Origin: Antedon mediterranea
Taxonomy: Eukaryota; Animalia; Echinodermata
Direction: 5' to 3'
DNA: 64,000 nucleotides
NCBI RefSeq assembly: GCF_964355755.1
Contig: NC_092670.1
Location: forward strand, 29,066,388 to 29,130,387
In this document: one piece after another, positions 61,380-64,000 of the stretch
Layout of the letters: every line of letters starts with the position of its first letter
Numbering within the stretch: the first letter of the stretch is position 1
Program-made: the position numbers and the translations under genes
Notes under the pieces: model-generated
What the model was told of the DNA's origin: nothing
The model's input: the letters and a program-made list of their open reading frames with translations, nothing else
Databases searched by the model: none

Positions 61380-63939
61380 TGCCCTTAACATGTTCATTCC
61401 AAATGTAGCTTACGTGTTCACTTTTCTTTCAAACCTATACAATCATAATCCATCATATTGATGGCAGGTACTATACAATCATAATCCATCATATTGATGG
61501 CAGGTAATTTCCAAATGTAGCTGACGTGTTCAAATCCTTTTTTAAATCTATAATCATAATCCATCATATTGATGGCAGGTAATTTTCAAATGTAGCTTAT
61601 GTGTTCAAATTCTTTTTTAAATCTATAATCATAATCCATCATATTGATGGCAGGTAATTTCCAAATGTAGCTGACATGTTCACATTTTTAAAAATCTATA
61701 ATCATACTCCATCATATTGATGGCAGGTAATTTCAAATTTCAACAAATGTAACTTGCGTGTTCAATTTTTTTTTAATCTATATAAATCATAACACATCAT
61801 ATTTGATGACAGTGAATTTTATAATTTTACTAATTATTATTGAGTATAAATAATTTCATAGTTATGCAATTATATTATATTCAGTATACAGTAGGCCTAT
61901 GCTGTAATTTAAAGGTCAATAACCATACTATCGGCCATTCTTGTACAAAATGTGCCATTAGACTGTATAGAAACACACATGTTTTAAACAATTTAAAAAG
62001 AAAAAAAAATTCATAAGACCACAATTTTCAAAGTTATATTATTATTATATTATTATATTTGACTAATAGTTCAAAGGTCAATAGTTGTAGAATCGGCCAT
62101 TTTTTGTAAAAACATTTCATTATAATAAATAAGAATGTATAGTTTCTGAACAATTTGAGCCCTATTTCGTGTCTCTCCGATTATTGGTTACTGAGATACG
62201 ATAAATCAAGGTCAAAGGTCAAAATGTCAGAAATAAGACTTGCATCCATTTTTTGAGAAAATGTGTCATTAAAGTGAATATAAAAACATATATTTAAAAC
62301 ATTTTGACACCAAAATTAATTATCTGTGACTAGTGGTTCTCGAGATATAGGGTAATTATAAAAAATGGCCGCCATTTTTAATTATGCAAATTAAGGGCTT
62401 AGATGGCCGAATTTCGCTTGGGATCCGCCATATTCGTATCAGCGAGGTCGAAATATCCTAAATCAAGTGGATCCCAGCTTCTACCCAAAAATGCTTCTTA
62501 CATCATATTTCAGAGGAAATAGAACTTGTCTATGAGAAGTATCTGACCATTACCTCACAAAAGATATCTATGAAATATGCATTACTTTTAAGGAGTGAAA
62601 AATGATGATGCATGAAACGGAAGTAATTCTACGTGAATGAGAGCAGGTGGTAGTCCCCATTGGACGTCATCACCACATATGCGTGGGCATGACACTCTTC
62701 ACAGTAATACATGCTTGATCAAACAAACATATTATAGAAGATCTGTTCTATTAATGGCTTTTCACATTGCAACATTTATTAATTTTTCTTTTTTGTGATC
62801 TAGACTTTCAATAGAACTTATGTCATAAAGTGTTCCTTGAAATTGTCTGTGCTGAAACTTGTAATGTTGTTCTAAACAGCTTTATGTATGAAGATGTAGT
62901 ATTTGTTATAAAAAAAGCTCAAACTTAAAAGATTACATTGTCGGCTTATGTAAGGTGGAATCAAGCCTTTGGCTATTTTATTTATTTTGGTAGTATATTC
63001 ACATTAAGTATTGAAAAACGTATATGGAGTTTTGAATTTCTCTCTTAACTTTTTTTTAATTCCTTTTTGTCACCTTTGGCTATTATTATATATGTTATAT
63101 TATTCGGGGTGGTTTTTTTGTTGTTGTTTACTTGTTTAATATGCACTAAGCTACTTAGTTACTACTACTTGATTATTTCAGAAAATTATCTTGTTAGTTC
63201 AATCACAGATTAAGGTAATCTTCAATTATTTTTGTCTTACCCAAGTTATTTAGGCATAAATGTTAAATATTCTTGATTCTTTGTACAATTGATATTTTCA
63301 TTTTATGTATATATTACATATAAAAAGCTTATAAAATATTTAAAAAAATAAATAAGAACAGCCCACGGACCACAAACTGGTATACATAACTCTTGGAATA
63401 AACATCACTAGTTTGAGTTTGCATCTGTTGAGTGAGCCATAAAGGGCATTTTTCATAATAATGCACAAACCAAAACATTATTAGAGTAGTTAATAGATTT
63501 TCTGATGTTTTCTTTGAAAGATAACAAACCATTACTCACAAATAGCTGGTGCACTATAATTATGTCGTGGTTAAAATTGAGCATCATAAGGCAATGCGTT
63601 ACTGTAATAACATTTGTAGCTTCCTTAATTTTATTAGACCATAATGTTTCACAAATACATATTTAGTGTTCTTTATAGACTTCATTACAATTCCCCTATC
63701 TGAGCCCATTTCACTCTTCCAATGCAACTTACTGTTATTTTTGTGTTGCACCAATTATTTCATGATACTTCATCTGGTTTGCTACTGTATTTAAATTAAA
63801 GTGATGGTGTTATTATGGTGTTATTACACATAGGCCTATTAAACAGTAAATATTTGAAACCATAATTTAATATGTTTACATTTCCTAGAATTTTATTTAC
63901 TCCATTATTCTCAATAGGTCTATGCCAGTACCAGGCGCT

Positions 63940-64000
63940 TAGAACTGGTAATGAAGAGGTGAAGATTGTTGACAATCTTAAGCTGCTTGGAGTTTGGTTG
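63940..64000 (+). mobile_element. Start of a LINE RT fragment running off the window
   Basis: Translates TGNEEVKIVDNLKLLGVWL, resembling the RT 'K.LGV' motif. Confidence 0.45.

Larger units (their letters stand above)
58478..62532. mobile_element. Defective Academ DNA transposon, foldback structure
   Basis: TGA|TAGACAGGTTCCATTTC ... GAAATAGAACTTGTCTA|TGA (3-bp TSD). Inverted arms of about 1.5-1.75 kb. XPG-like and Cys-rich coding remnants. Confidence 0.85.

Overview
AT-rich, intron-rich eukaryotic (metazoan invertebrate) genomic DNA; an echinoderm-like source is my guess only. Bases 27-29995 on the + strand hold the last 19 coding exons of TRRAP (C-terminal FAT, PI3K-like pseudokinase and FATC domains, ending ...DNLCRMDPSWHPWL*). 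All of these exons join in frame through GT-AG introns. The introns and the 34 kb downstream are almost entirely repeats: Penelope-like (GIY-YIG) retroelement fragments carrying four minimal hammerhead ribozyme motifs, a TA-microsatellite-nested repeat with an internal tRNA cloverleaf, non-autonomous Helitrons, Academ-type, MULE, Kolobok, Harbinger, Sola-like, Ginger-like and hAT-like TIR elements, SINEs, LINE fragments, and 36-, 79-, 24- and 25-bp tandem repeats. The most unusual items are: the hammerhead/tRNA/Penelope cluster in the first intron; a 145-bp hairpin whose mismatches are all tandem G·A pairs; degenerate tandem copies of the FATC-coding tail right after the TRRAP stop; an in-frame alternative donor in a Ser/Thr-rich TRRAP insertion; and a 4-kb Academ foldback with coding sequence in both arms. 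All calls were made by eye without database searches, so family assignments are provisional.
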